A stretch of DNA of 64,000 bases from Spirochaetia bacterium. GTDB lineage: Bacteria; Spirochaetota; Spirochaetia; SZUA-6; Bin103. This document shows positions 11,285 through 21,541 of the stretch, piece by piece. Below the pieces are notes generated by a model. The model was not told the origin of the DNA and made no database searches. It saw nothing but the letters and a program-made list of their open reading frames with translations. The position numbers and the translations under genes are program-made. Location: contig OZ241863.1 of the NCBI GenBank assembly GCA_965203055.1, positions 544,001-608,000 on the forward strand, read 5' to 3'. Every line of letters starts with the position of its first letter. Position 1 is the stretch's first letter.

Positions 11285-11656
11285 GTGTCGGTAGAGACTC
11301 ATCGCCGGGTGTTGATGCGCTTCCACGAAGAGGTGTTCAACCAGCGCAACCTGGCCGTCATCGACGAGGTGCTGCATCCCCGCTACGCGCATTACGACGC
11401 CGGCAGCAAGAGCGCCGACGAGCACAAGAAGATGCTCGCGGATCAGCTTGCCGGCCAGAGCGACTTCCGGGTCACCGTGGATCAAGTGATCATCGAGGGT
11501 GACAGCGCCGCGGTGGAGGTGTCCCACTATCAGGGCGAGCGCAAGTACCGCACCGGCGTGGCGCTGTTCAAGTTTCAAGACGGCCTCATCATCAGCGACC
11601 GCTTCTGGTACCGCCTGGTAGAAGGCGCGCCGGCGGCCGGCAGCGGCGGCGCGTAA
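11285..11656 (+). CDS. SnoaL/ester cyclase-like (NTF2-fold) protein
   Basis: RFHEEVFNQRNLAVIDEV...IIEGD...FKFQDGLII; start uncertain. Confidence 0.7.
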   Translation: MSVETHRRVLMRFHEEVFNQRNLAVIDEVLHPRYAHYDAGSKSADEHKKMLADQLAGQSDFRVTVDQVIIEGDSAAVEVSHYQGERKYRTGVALFKFQDGLIISDRFWYRLVEGAPAAGSGGA

Positions 11657-11711
11657 CCCGTAAAGGACGCCGCGGCGCGGCGGCGGCCAGGTTCGCGCCG
11701 GCGGAGGTAAA

Positions 11712-11741
11712 GCGAGGCCGCGGTGTGGCCCGCGGCCTCGC
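11712..11741. terminator. 12-bp GC hairpin between convergent genes
   Basis: GCGAGGCCGCGG-N6-CCGCGGCCTCGC; no U tract. Confidence 0.45.
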
Positions 11742-11764
11742 ATCACTCCAACGTGCTCCCGTGG

Positions 11765-13504
11765 TCAGCTACAGGTGTTGGTCTTACCCGGCGTGGGGGC
11801 CATGGTGACGAAGTCAGCGCCGTTGTCGTTGGTGTCGCTGCCGTTGGGACAGCGGCCGATCGACTTGTCCTCCGTGTCGCTCGGCGCAGGCGTGCCCTCG
11901 CCGGCGCCGTTGGCGCTCCCCTCGTACTGAACCGCGTCCATCACCTTCTTGGTGGAGATCTTCACGATGCGGACGAGGTCGGGGCCTTGCTGCAGGTTGG
12001 TGTCGAGGGCCAGCGTGACGGTGCCGACGGGCAGCGGCGGATCCGGCTGAATCACCGCCGTGTCGCCGATCACGAAGTACTTTCCGGCGCCGAGCTGGCC
12101 GCTGCCGGTGTAGGTGGCGTACGCCGCGCCGCGGGCGCCGTCGACCAGTTCGATGCGGTAGCCGCTCAGATCCACCGCGCTGGAGCCGGGATTCAGGATC
12201 TCGACGAACTCGGCGGTGTCGCCGTTGCCCTCCGTGTCGTAGTCGATCTCGTTGATCACCAGCTCCGCCGCCGGCAGTTGCAGGCCGTTGGGGAACAGGT
12301 TGGCCGGCACCTGGAAGCTGGCCGAGGAGCTGAGGGCGCCCTGAGTCGCGGTCACCTTCAGAGTGCCGGTCTTGGTCTGGTCGTAGCCGGTCAGGAGGGC
12401 GGGATTCGTGGTGGCGCTGCTGAACGAGGTGCCGGCGACCGGGGTGTTGGGCGCGCTGGTGAAGCTCCAGGAGTAGGTCACCGCCGTATCGCCCGCGCTG
12501 GATACTTTGGCGGACCATTGCACCCCGGCGGGTATCCTCCTGCCGGCCACGCTCAGCACCGCCGGTCCGAGGTTGGCCGCAAGGCGCGCCGGGTCGTCCA
12601 CGGGGATGCGGAAGTCCACCGCGACGCGGTTGCCGGCCGCATTCGTCACCACGACCTGCGCAGTATACCGTCCCTTCGCCCTCGGCGCAGTGTATTTGCT
12701 GGTGATGGTGGCGGTTCCGACGGCGCCGCTCTGCGGGCTGTCGGTGGTCACGCTTCCGCTGGACGGTGAGAAGGTGCCGTTCTTGAACTCGTACTTCAGG
12801 GTCTCGGCTTTCTTCCCGGTGACCGACACGGTCACGTTCCCGCTGCCTTGGGCCCGGATGGTCTCGACCGTGATCGCCGAGACTACCGGGAACTGGCCGG
12901 CGCCGGCGCCCGACACCGCGGAGAGGTTGATGGTCAACGCGGCGGTCCGGCGCGTGAGCGTGGCGGTGTGCGTGCCCCGGAACAGCACCGTATCGCTGGC
13001 GTCCTTGGCCTCCGCGGTGAAGTCGATCGGCGTTTCGAGGGTGATCCCGGCGAGGGTGCCTACCCAGCTCCCCTCCGACTTGGTGAGCTCTGCCTCGGCG
13101 AGCGACTCCTGCCGCACGCCGTTGGCGTCGTTCCCCGCGGCGGTGATGGTCACGGACTTCACGTCGGCATGACTGCCGACCGCCGAGGCGAGCCGCCCCG
13201 GCGCGTACCGTTGCGGCTCATGCCGCAGGTCGACCGGGTCGTCGTCGGCGCCTGGCATTACCACCGCGGCCGCCGGTCCGGCGGCGTGCACGGAGCGCGT
13301 CGCGACGGGTGCCGGGGTCAGCGTCGGGACGGCCACCCGCACCGCGAGGTCAGTGGTCTGATACTGCCGGGCGGGCGGGGTCGAAGCGAGTGCCGAGTCC
13401 GGAGCGGCCGGCATCAGTTCGGAACAGGCAGCAAGTGCTGCGGCGAGGACCGCCAACGTAAGGCGGCCCGAGATGATGGATATACGATACATCACCCTGC
13501 ACAA
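11765..13504 (-). CDS. lipoprotein with Ig-like beta regions and C-terminal lamin-tail domain
   Basis: Lipobox LAAC; LVINEIDYD...EFVEILN...DLSGYRI; SIGRCPNGSDTNDN...PTPG. Confidence 0.75.
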   Translation of the reverse strand: MCRVMYRISIISGRLTLAVLAAALAACSELMPAAPDSALASTPPARQYQTTDLAVRVAVPTLTPAPVATRSVHAAGPAAAVVMPGADDDPVDLRHEPQRYAPGRLASAVGSHADVKSVTITAAGNDANGVRQESLAEAELTKSEGSWVGTLAGITLETPIDFTAEAKDASDTVLFRGTHTATLTRRTAALTINLSAVSGAGAGQFPVVSAITVETIRAQGSGNVTVSVTGKKAETLKYEFKNGTFSPSSGSVTTDSPQSGAVGTATITSKYTAPRAKGRYTAQVVVTNAAGNRVAVDFRIPVDDPARLAANLGPAVLSVAGRRIPAGVQWSAKVSSAGDTAVTYSWSFTSAPNTPVAGTSFSSATTNPALLTGYDQTKTGTLKVTATQGALSSSASFQVPANLFPNGLQLPAAELVINEIDYDTEGNGDTAEFVEILNPGSSAVDLSGYRIELVDGARGAAYATYTGSGQLGAGKYFVIGDTAVIQPDPPLPVGTVTLALDTNLQQGPDLVRIVKISTKKVMDAVQYEGSANGAGEGTPAPSDTEDKSIGRCPNGSDTNDNGADFVTMAPTPGKTNTCS

Positions 13505-13646
13505 CGGGGCCGATGTCCGCCGCGCTTTTACCGGCGCCGGGAAATCGGCGCCGGCGCCCGGTCACGGTAGGAAGGGAGCGCGTATCCCGCCCGGACGGGC
13601 GGGCATGCGTGGGGTGACGGCTCTGAGGCTGGCCCGCGCCGCCCGG

Positions 13647-14492
13647 CTACGGGCTGCGAAACACGCGGTCGGGGCCGTGTTGGGCCACGAAGCCCAGCTC
13701 CTCCTCGATGCGGCGTACGTCGTAGGCGCTGTCCCACTCGTGGCCGCGACGTTCGAACCAGCTCAGGTCCACCTCATCGCCCCACCACCGGCGCAGCACC
13801 TCGGCTACCGGCGCCGCCGCCCAGGCGCGCGGACCGGTAGCGTTGAGAATCCGCAGCCCCGGCTTCAGCGACGCCTCGACCGCGGCGGCGAAGGCCGCCA
13901 CCGCGTCCCGCAGGGTCATCATGGTGATGCTGCCCAGCGCCCACTCGGTGAGCGGCCCGGGCTGAACCAACGGGCGCGGCGCGGCGTCCGGGCACACCGA
14001 CGACAGCCGCAGGTTGATGATGTCGAGCCCCGCGTCCTGGCGCTGCACGTAGCGGGTGATCTCCTCCATCAGGTACTTGGACAGACCGTAGCCGTGGCGG
14101 TCCAGGCAGGGATGTTCGTCGGGAATCGGCAGCGCCGCGGGCCGGAACGCCTTGCTCTGAAAGCCCACCGCGGCGATCGAGCTGGCGGTCACGATCTTGC
14201 GGCAGCCGCGGTGGCGCAGGTAGTGGAGCAGGGTGCGGGTGCCAACCGCATTGACCATGATCGCGGTGTGTTCCGGGGCGCCGCCGGTCACCGCGCCAAG
14301 ATGCACCGCGCCGTCGAAGCGATGTTCGTCCAGCCGCAGCAGGTCCTCGTACTGCTGGAAGTCGCCGCGCACCGTCGGCACCCCCAGTTCCGGGCGCCCG
14401 CGCGCCAGCGCCACCACCTCATGGCGCTGCGCCAGCTCGCGCACCAGCGCCCGCCCAATGAACCCGCTTGCCCCGGTCACCAGAATCTTCAT
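13647..14492 (-). CDS. NAD-dependent epimerase/dehydratase
   Basis: ILVTGASGFIG, YGLSK. Confidence 0.88.
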   Translation of the reverse strand: MKILVTGASGFIGRALVRELAQRHEVVALARGRPELGVPTVRGDFQQYEDLLRLDEHRFDGAVHLGAVTGGAPEHTAIMVNAVGTRTLLHYLRHRGCRKIVTASSIAAVGFQSKAFRPAALPIPDEHPCLDRHGYGLSKYLMEEITRYVQRQDAGLDIINLRLSSVCPDAAPRPLVQPGPLTEWALGSITMMTLRDAVAAFAAAVEASLKPGLRILNATGPRAWAAAPVAEVLRRWWGDEVDLSWFERRGHEWDSAYDVRRIEEELGFVAQHGPDRVFRSP

Positions 14493-14506
14493 GCGATCTC
14501 CTCAGA

Positions 14507-16183
14507 TCAGTGGGTGATGGCGCCGCGGCTGGCGGAGGAGACGAGGCGCGCGTACTTGGCCAGGGCGCCGCGGGTGTAGGGAATCGGACGCTCCGGCAGC
14601 GCTGCCAGCCGCCGGCGCAGCTCCTCCGCGGCCAACTCGACGGTAATCGACTTGCGCTCCAGGTCGATGGCGATGATGTCGCCCTCGCGCAGCGCGGCGA
14701 TCGGGCCGCCGGCCTGCGCTTCGGGAGCGATGTGGCCTACCACGATGCCGTGGCTGCCCCCGGAGAAGCGCCCGTCGGTGATCAACGCCACGTCGGCGAT
14801 CAGCCCGGCCCCGGCAATCGCCGAGGTAAGGGCCAGCATCTCGCGCATGCCGGGACCGCCGCGCGGCCCCTCGTAGCGGATCACCAGTACGTCGCCCTTG
14901 CGCACCTGCCCCTTCAGAATCGCCTGCAGCGCGCCCTCCTCGGCGTCGAACACCCGCGCCGGGCCGCGGTGGCGGCGCACCGTCACCCCGGACGACTTCA
15001 GCACCGCGCCTTCCGGCGCCAGGTTGCCCTTGATCACCAGGATGCCGCCGCTCTCCTTCAATGGCTTGTCCACCGGGTACACCACGTCCTGTCCTTCGAG
15101 CCGCACCTCGACCCCGGCCAGGTTGTCGGCCAGGGTGCGCCCGGTAACGGTGATGCAATCGCCGTGCAGGAGGCCGGCGTCGAGCAGCATCCGCAGCACC
15201 ATCGGCACTCCGCCCACCTGATCGAGGTCCTTCATCACGTAGCGGCCGGCAGGCTTCAGGTCGGCCAGCGTCGGGGTGCTGTCGGCGATCGGATTGAAGT
15301 CGTCGATGGAGAGGTCCACCTCCGCCTCGTGCGCGATGGCGAGCAGGTGGAGGACGGCGTTGGTGGAGCCGCCGAGCGCCATCACCAGGCGGATGGCATT
15401 GAGAAACGCCTCGCGGGTCATGATGTCGCGCGGCTTGAGGCCGCGACGCAGGCAGTCGATCACCGCTTCGCCGGCGGCGCGCAGGTCCTGTTCCTTGCGC
15501 GGGTCCACCGCCGGGATCGATGAGTTGCCCGGCAGCGCCATCCCCAGCGCCTCCACCGCGGAGGCCATGGTGTTGGCGGTGTACATGCCGCCGCATGCGC
15601 CCTGGCAGGGAATGGCGGCGCGTTCGATGCCGGCGCGCTCCTCCTCGTCGATGCGCCCGGCGCTGAAGGCCCCCACCGCCTCGAACGCCGAGATGATGTC
15701 GACGTCGCGGCCGCGGTACACGCCCGGCAGGATGGTGCCGCCGTAGACGAACACGCTGGGGATATTCATCCGCGCCATCGGCATCACCGTGCCGGGGATG
15801 GTCTTGTCGCAGCCGCCGATGCCGATGATGGCGTCGAACTGGTGGCCGATGGTGACCAGCTCGATGGTGTCGGCGATGGCGTCGCGGCTCACCAGGGAGG
15901 CCTTCATGCCCTCGTGGCCCATCGCCTCGCCGTCGGTCACCACGAAGGTGTTGTAGCGCAGCGGGAAGCCGCCGGCCTGGCGCACGCCGGCCTTGGCCTG
16001 CTCGGCGAGGTCGTCCAGGTGCATGTTGCACGGCGTCACTTCGGAGCCGGCGCTGGCGATGCCCACCAGGGCGCGGTCGAAGTCGGCGTCCTCCATGCCG
16101 ACGGCGCGCAGCATCGCGCGGTTGGGCGTGCGTTCGATGCCGGCGGTCATGTTGCGGCTGCGGCTGTTCAGGGGGGTGCTCAC
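14507..16183 (-). CDS. ilvD: dihydroxy-acid dehydratase
   Basis: PCNMHL, GCDKTIPG, GGSTN, YEGPRGGPGMREM, TDGRFSG. Confidence 0.95.
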   Translation of the reverse strand: MSTPLNSRSRNMTAGIERTPNRAMLRAVGMEDADFDRALVGIASAGSEVTPCNMHLDDLAEQAKAGVRQAGGFPLRYNTFVVTDGEAMGHEGMKASLVSRDAIADTIELVTIGHQFDAIIGIGGCDKTIPGTVMPMARMNIPSVFVYGGTILPGVYRGRDVDIISAFEAVGAFSAGRIDEEERAGIERAAIPCQGACGGMYTANTMASAVEALGMALPGNSSIPAVDPRKEQDLRAAGEAVIDCLRRGLKPRDIMTREAFLNAIRLVMALGGSTNAVLHLLAIAHEAEVDLSIDDFNPIADSTPTLADLKPAGRYVMKDLDQVGGVPMVLRMLLDAGLLHGDCITVTGRTLADNLAGVEVRLEGQDVVYPVDKPLKESGGILVIKGNLAPEGAVLKSSGVTVRRHRGPARVFDAEEGALQAILKGQVRKGDVLVIRYEGPRGGPGMREMLALTSAIAGAGLIADVALITDGRFSGGSHGIVVGHIAPEAQAGGPIAALREGDIIAIDLERKSITVELAAEELRRRLAALPERPIPYTRGALAKYARLVSSASRGAITH

Positions 16184-16803
16184 TGGGTGCTCCTGGTGGC
16201 AAAGGCGTCAAGGTAGGGGAGCCGCGCCGCGGCCGCGGCGATTCGGTCCCGATTGGCGAGCAGCAGCGTGGTGGAATCCCAGGTGCCGCGCAGCAGGGCG
16301 CGCCGCGCCCCCTCCGGCAGCTCCGCGGCGCAGCTCAGCGGCCCGGCGTTGACCTGTCCGGCAGCCAGGTCGACCGTCACCTCGGTGGCGGGCTGCGCCG
16401 CCGCCAGCGCCTGCAGGCGTTCCCGGTCGGCGGCGGCGACGCGCACCGCCGGAATCCCCAGCACGGTGCAGTTGCCGGCGAAGATCTCTGCGAACGACTC
16501 GCCCACCAGAGCCCGGATGCCGAACCGCTGCAGCGCCTGCGGCGCATGCTCACGGGACGAGCCGCAGCCGAAGTTGCGCCCCACCAGCAGGATCGAGGCG
16601 CCGGCAAAGCGGGAGTCGTCGAACGGGTGGGTGCGGCCCGCCTTGCGGTCGGCGGCGCGCTCGTCGATGAACGCCCCTTCGCCCAGGCCGTCGAACGTCA
16701 CCTGCTTCAGGTAGCGGGCGGGAATGATGCGGTCGGTGTCGATGTCGTTACCCCGCATCGGGATCGCGCGCCCGGTGGTGACCGCGCGCCGGGCCTCGCT
16801 CAT
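16180..16803 (-). CDS. leuD: 3-isopropylmalate dehydratase small subunit
   Basis: DIDTDRIIPARYL, NFGCGSSREHAP, SFAEIF. Confidence 0.95.
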   Translation of the reverse strand: MSEARRAVTTGRAIPMRGNDIDTDRIIPARYLKQVTFDGLGEGAFIDERAADRKAGRTHPFDDSRFAGASILLVGRNFGCGSSREHAPQALQRFGIRALVGESFAEIFAGNCTVLGIPAVRVAAADRERLQALAAAQPATEVTVDLAAGQVNAGPLSCAAELPEGARRALLRGTWDSTTLLLANRDRIAAAAARLPYLDAFATRSTQ

Positions 16804-16867
16804 CGCCCACCTCCCGGCCCGTCCGCAGGCCGGATCGAACGACGGTAAGTAACTTTACTGTATAACA

Positions 16868-17533
16868 TTATACCTCCACGACAGGGGATGAACCAGATTG
16901 AACGAAGAACAAGCGCATCAACCAGCCAACAAGGACATCTACTTGGCTGACGTCCGGGTCAAGGAAACGCGCGCTGATGGCGCGGCCAAGCGGCATCCCG
17001 GGCTCCCTCTGCCAAGCGAGCCAAGTATGAATGGTCGCCTTGGGCTTCGCTACCGGCCTGAACCGGCGCTCGGCCGCCGGGATGGCGGCCACGCTCCTCT
17101 CCACGTGGTCGAACAGCACGCTCTGCGGTGGAATAAGGAATCTGAGGAAGTCCTCCATGATTCCGCCGGTCCGATTGTCCGGCATGATCCATATGCCGGC
17201 GCGCGGGAGACGCCTGCCTTCGGCAGCCTCGACAGACTCGAGAATAGTTCCATCGACTGCGGGTTGGTCAGGCACATCCTGGTATCCGGCGGCCTCGAGG
17301 GCATCGCGTACTTCACGCCAGCGGGTACTGATTTCGGTGTCGGCGTCCATGACGACGCCGACGACATCGTCTTCCGCGCTCGCTTTGAGTTGCACCGGTA
17401 CCGCTTCCAGGAGTCGCTCCACATTGCCATGCGGACGTACTTCGTCGAGATTCGGAACGTCACGCTTGCCGCATATGTGCTTCATGACGTGTTCGTCGTT
17501 CGGGCCCTCCACCAGGAGAATGTTGCGGGCCAA
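16868..17533 (-). CDS. DUF3226-like (TOPRIM-type) protein
   Basis: LLVEGPND, GVVMDAD, WIMPDN..GIMEDF, KATIHTWLAWQ. Confidence 0.8.
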   Translation of the reverse strand: MARNILLVEGPNDEHVMKHICGKRDVPNLDEVRPHGNVERLLEAVPVQLKASAEDDVVGVVMDADTEISTRWREVRDALEAAGYQDVPDQPAVDGTILESVEAAEGRRLPRAGIWIMPDNRTGGIMEDFLRFLIPPQSVLFDHVERSVAAIPAAERRFRPVAKPKATIHTWLAWQREPGMPLGRAISARFLDPDVSQVDVLVGWLMRLFFVQSGSSPVVEV

Positions 17534-18634
17534 TCAGCGCACCTCGATTCGTTCGCGCGCAGCGATGGCCACTTCCTTGTCCGCGAACACCGTAGGCACG
17601 ATCTGGTCCCCACTGCGGGCTAGACGCAGCAGGACACCGGTGTCGGGATGCTCCGCCGCGGCTTGCTGAAACGCCTCGATCGCATCCCAACTGTGGGTCG
17701 TCGCAAAGACCTGCGTGTCAAGGTTCCGAGCCAAGCGGAATATGATGCGCCAGGCATCCAACTGGACCGTGTGGTGCAGCCCATTCTCGAACTCATCGAT
17801 CAGCATCAGTCGCCCCCGAGCATTGAGGAGCGCGAGCATCATGGCGAACAGGCGATTCATCCCGTCGCCGAACAGGCGCAGAGGAACGGGGTGGGGGATG
17901 CGGCCAGTGCGTACGAACGCGGTCCGCCGGTGGTGCGAACCGTGGCCGCCAACCATGGTGACCCTGGAGACATGAGGATCGATGACGCGCAGCGCGTCCA
18001 CGACCTCCCGCTCGTTGTCGGACAGCGCGATTCCGTCCCACAGCACTCCCAGCTCGGCGGTGCTTTCGCCGCTATGGGCGCCAATGAAGAAGCAGCCCAC
18101 CCCGGACGGCCTCCTGCCCTGACGGACGGAAAGTTCTGTACGAAGGGTCTTGATCTCGTGAATACGAATTCCGTCCGGAGTAATGATGACGATCGAGGCT
18201 ACGCCTTCCGGTTCATCAGGACCATGTTCATTGTATACCAGATTTCCTTTCTCGTCCTGCTTCTGTGAGAACCAGCTCACGCTAATGGCGACTTCTCTTG
18301 GATGAATGTCGCCATCCGCTGAAATCACCAACGGTTCCGGCCGCTCCGCCATGTCGGGGAAGCCGTGGAACAGGCCGGAGAATTGAAGACCGCCGCCGGA
18401 ACCGGCAGGCAGTTCCGCTTCCGGACCGGTGGTGTACTCTTCGCGATCTTTCAGAATGTCCTGCAATTCGTCCAGCGCCGCACCGGTAGCGAGAATGCGG
18501 ATCCCTTCGAGCAGCGACGACTTCCCGGTGTTGTTCTTCCCGGTAATCAGGTTCACGCGACCGAGTCCCTGCACGCGCAACTTGCGGAACGCGCGAAACC
18601 TTTCAAGCGTTACGTTACCGAGCTTGATGGCCAT
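17534..18634 (-). CDS. AAA_21/ABC-type ATPase
   Basis: GKNNTGKS Walker A, FGDG signature, LIDEFENGLH Walker B, ATTHS. Confidence 0.88.
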   Translation of the reverse strand: MAIKLGNVTLERFRAFRKLRVQGLGRVNLITGKNNTGKSSLLEGIRILATGAALDELQDILKDREEYTTGPEAELPAGSGGGLQFSGLFHGFPDMAERPEPLVISADGDIHPREVAISVSWFSQKQDEKGNLVYNEHGPDEPEGVASIVIITPDGIRIHEIKTLRTELSVRQGRRPSGVGCFFIGAHSGESTAELGVLWDGIALSDNEREVVDALRVIDPHVSRVTMVGGHGSHHRRTAFVRTGRIPHPVPLRLFGDGMNRLFAMMLALLNARGRLMLIDEFENGLHHTVQLDAWRIIFRLARNLDTQVFATTHSWDAIEAFQQAAAEHPDTGVLLRLARSGDQIVPTVFADKEVAIAARERIEVR

Positions 18635-18653
18635 GGAGGAACGCGAAACTCGG

Positions 18654-20060
18654 TCAGGCGAGCAGGTCGCGGACGTCGGTGATGGCGCCGGTGACGGCCG
18701 CGGCGGCCACCATCGCCGGGCTCATCAACAGAGTGCGGCCGGTGGGGGACCCCTGGCGGCCGATGAAGTTGCGGTTGGAGGAGGAGGCGCTCACTTGCTC
18801 CCCTACCAGCTTGTCGGGGTTCATCGCCAGGCACATGGAGCAGCCGGCGCCGCGCCACTCGAACCCGGCGGCGGTGAAGATTTCCGGCAACCCCTCCGCC
18901 GCGGCCTGCCGCGCGATCTGCTTGGAGCCGGGCACCACCAGCGCCTTGACCCGCTTGTCGACCCGGTTGCCGCGCACCACGCGCGCCGCTTCGCGCAGGT
19001 CGGTGAGGCGGCTGTTGGTGCACGAGCCGATGAACGCCACGTCGATCCTGGTGCCGGCGATCGGATCGTTTTCGGTCAGGCCCATGTGGCGGTAGGCCGC
19101 GGCGGCCGTGTCCTGCTCGTCCGCGGGCACCGCGCGCAGCCGCGGCAGCCGGTCGGACACCCCCAGCGACTGGCCCGGGTTGATACCCCAGGTCACCACC
19201 GGTTCGATCTCGTCCGCGTGCAGCGTCACTTCGTCGTCGAAGCGGGCGTCGGCCGCGGAGGCGATGCCGCGCCAGTACTCCTCGGCGCGGTCCAGCGCCG
19301 CGCCGGCCGGGGCGTAGCGGCGCCCGCGCAGATAGTCGGCGGTGGTCCGGTCGGGGTTGACGTAGCCGACCCGCGCGCCGCCCTCGATGCTCATGTTGCA
19401 GATCGACATGCGCTCATCCATCGACAGCGCCTCCACGGCGCTGCCGGCGTATTCGTAGGCGTAGCCGATGCCGCCCTTTACCCCCAGGGTGGCGATGATG
19501 GAGAGGATGATGTCCTTGGCGTACACGCCCGGCCCAAGCGCGCCGTCGACGCGGATGCGGCGCACCTTGGGCTTGGTCACCGCCAGGGTCTGGGTGGCCA
19601 GCACGTCGCGCACCTGCGAAGTGCCGATGCCGAAGGCGATGGTGCCGAAGGCGCCGTGGGTGGAGGTGTGGGAGTCGCCGCAGGCGATGGTCATGCCCGG
19701 CTGGGTAAGGCCCAATTCCGGGCCGATGACGTGCACGATTCCCTGATACTCGGAGTCCAGCCCGAAGAAGGTAATGCCGTGGCGGGCGACGTTGCGCTCC
19801 AGCGCCTGGTACATCTCCTCGGCGAGCGGATCGCTCAGTGGCCGCGCCTGCCGGTCGGTGGGCACGATGTGGTCCACCGTGGCGAAGGTGCGCTCGGGGT
19901 GCAGCACCGGCAGGCCGCGCTCCTCCAGCATCTGGAACGCCTGCGGCGAGGTCACCTCATGCACCAAGTGCAGCCCGATGAAGAGCTGGGTCTCGCCGGT
20001 CTCCAGAGTGCCGACGGCGTGCAGGTCCCAGACCTTGTCGAATAACGTAGCGTGCGACAT
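18654..20060 (-). CDS. leuC: 3-isopropylmalate dehydratase large subunit
   Basis: [50 protein letters not shown]. Confidence 0.95.
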   Translation of the reverse strand: MSHATLFDKVWDLHAVGTLETGETQLFIGLHLVHEVTSPQAFQMLEERGLPVLHPERTFATVDHIVPTDRQARPLSDPLAEEMYQALERNVARHGITFFGLDSEYQGIVHVIGPELGLTQPGMTIACGDSHTSTHGAFGTIAFGIGTSQVRDVLATQTLAVTKPKVRRIRVDGALGPGVYAKDIILSIIATLGVKGGIGYAYEYAGSAVEALSMDERMSICNMSIEGGARVGYVNPDRTTADYLRGRRYAPAGAALDRAEEYWRGIASAADARFDDEVTLHADEIEPVVTWGINPGQSLGVSDRLPRLRAVPADEQDTAAAAYRHMGLTENDPIAGTRIDVAFIGSCTNSRLTDLREAARVVRGNRVDKRVKALVVPGSKQIARQAAAEGLPEIFTAAGFEWRGAGCSMCLAMNPDKLVGEQVSASSSNRNFIGRQGSPTGRTLLMSPAMVAAAAVTGAITDVRDLLA

Positions 20061-20135
20061 TGATGCCGCAGGGTACCCGCAACGGCGGCTGCGCGGCAAC
20101 GCACGGCGTTTCGTTGTTAGCTGCATCTCCCGGCC

Positions 20136-20465
20136 ATGAATCGGCGGCGGGTCGCCGACGTCGCGCCGCGCGCCTGGGCCGCGATCTGCGATCTGGTCGG
20201 CGGCGCGCCGCGCGTCAAGCAGGGCGCCGACTATTCGTTCGGCGATTCCTTCATCATCAACTTCCATCACGGCGCGGACCAACCGTGGGAGCCGCCCTCG
20301 CCGCTGATGGCAGGTTGGCACAAGGATGGCGACTTCTTCCGCCACTTCCTGGACAGCCCCGAACAGGGGCTGCTGACCATCGTGCTCTGGTCGGACATCG
20401 CGCCGCGCAGCGGCGGCACGTTCGCCGCCACCGATTCGGTGCGGCCGATCGCGCAGTATCTGGTG
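20136..20465 (+). pseudogene. fragment of PhyH-like dioxygenase
   Basis: [35 protein letters not shown], after which the frame runs antisense into the desaturase. Confidence 0.6.
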
Positions 20466-20498
20466 CCTGAGGCGCCGCGCCGGCCGGCTGCGGTCCGG

Positions 20499-21509
20499 CT
20501 AGCGGGCCGGCCCGGCAGTCAGCGCCAGCAGCCGCGCGCTGTGGGCGTTCATCTCCTTCCATGCCTGGCGCAGGCTCTGCGGCGCCTCCCAGTGCTCGCG
20601 CGTCGCCTGATGGAACTTCTTCAAGCGATAGCAGGGAACGCCGGGGAAGGTGTGATGTTCCGTGTGCCACTCCATGTGCCAGTACAGGAACGAGGTGACC
20701 GGGTCGAGCTTCACCGACCGGCAGCTCTTGCGAAAGTCATCGGCCTCCGGTTCGCGGCCCACGTGCATCGTGTCGTGCACCAGGGTGTGGTACCAGCGCC
20801 CGCCGTAGAACCGCGGCAGGCTCACCACCACGATCAGGAACCACTCTCCGGCCGCGACCGCCCACACCGCAAACGCCGCGTGGAACAGGAACTGGGTGAG
20901 CTGCCGCCAGTATGCCTCGCGGCGCTCGCGCGCACTGGCCTGCTCATATACGTAGCGCGCCCACACGCTGCGCCGCGGGTTGCTCAGGTAGGGCCGGAAC
21001 AGCGAGTAGAGCTGATCGTACAGCGCCGTTACCAGGGCGCTGACGTCGACCACCTGAACGGCCTGCCGCAGCACCTGCTCGGTGGTCTCGGCGCGCGGAT
21101 GCACCCGCTCGCCCTCGCTGCGGCGGTGCAGGGTGTAGCGATGGTGATACTTGTGGCTCATGCGGTAGGTCGCGAGATTGCCGGTCCAGTGGACCAACCC
21201 GAAGACCCGCCCGAACAGACGGTTGAGCCAGCGGGAGCGGAACATGGTGCGGTGCGAGAGCTCGTGCGTCTGCGGGGAGAAGGCGAACAGGCCGCCGTGC
21301 AGGTAGAGCGCCGCCGCCAGCAGCAGCCATTGGCCGTTGCGGTAGCACCAGTAGCAGGCGGCGCCGGACGCGGCCAGAATCGCCAGCACGCCGAGGGAGT
21401 GCCAGATGCCCTGCAGATCGCTGCGCCGCATGAAGCGCGCCAGCAGCTCCCGGTCGATCGGCGGCCGCTTCCAGTTGACCCGGATCGGAGCGTAGGGGTA
21501 GGAGCTCAT
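20499..21509 (-). CDS. fatty acid desaturase family protein
   Basis: His boxes HELSH, HKYHH, HTEHH; ATG at 21509. Confidence 0.88.
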   Translation of the reverse strand: MSSYPYAPIRVNWKRPPIDRELLARFMRRSDLQGIWHSLGVLAILAASGAACYWCYRNGQWLLLAAALYLHGGLFAFSPQTHELSHRTMFRSRWLNRLFGRVFGLVHWTGNLATYRMSHKYHHRYTLHRRSEGERVHPRAETTEQVLRQAVQVVDVSALVTALYDQLYSLFRPYLSNPRRSVWARYVYEQASARERREAYWRQLTQFLFHAAFAVWAVAAGEWFLIVVVSLPRFYGGRWYHTLVHDTMHVGREPEADDFRKSCRSVKLDPVTSFLYWHMEWHTEHHTFPGVPCYRLKKFHQATREHWEAPQSLRQAWKEMNAHSARLLALTAGPAR

Positions 21510-21541
21510 GCCACGCTCCACTATAGCAGCACTCCGGGATG

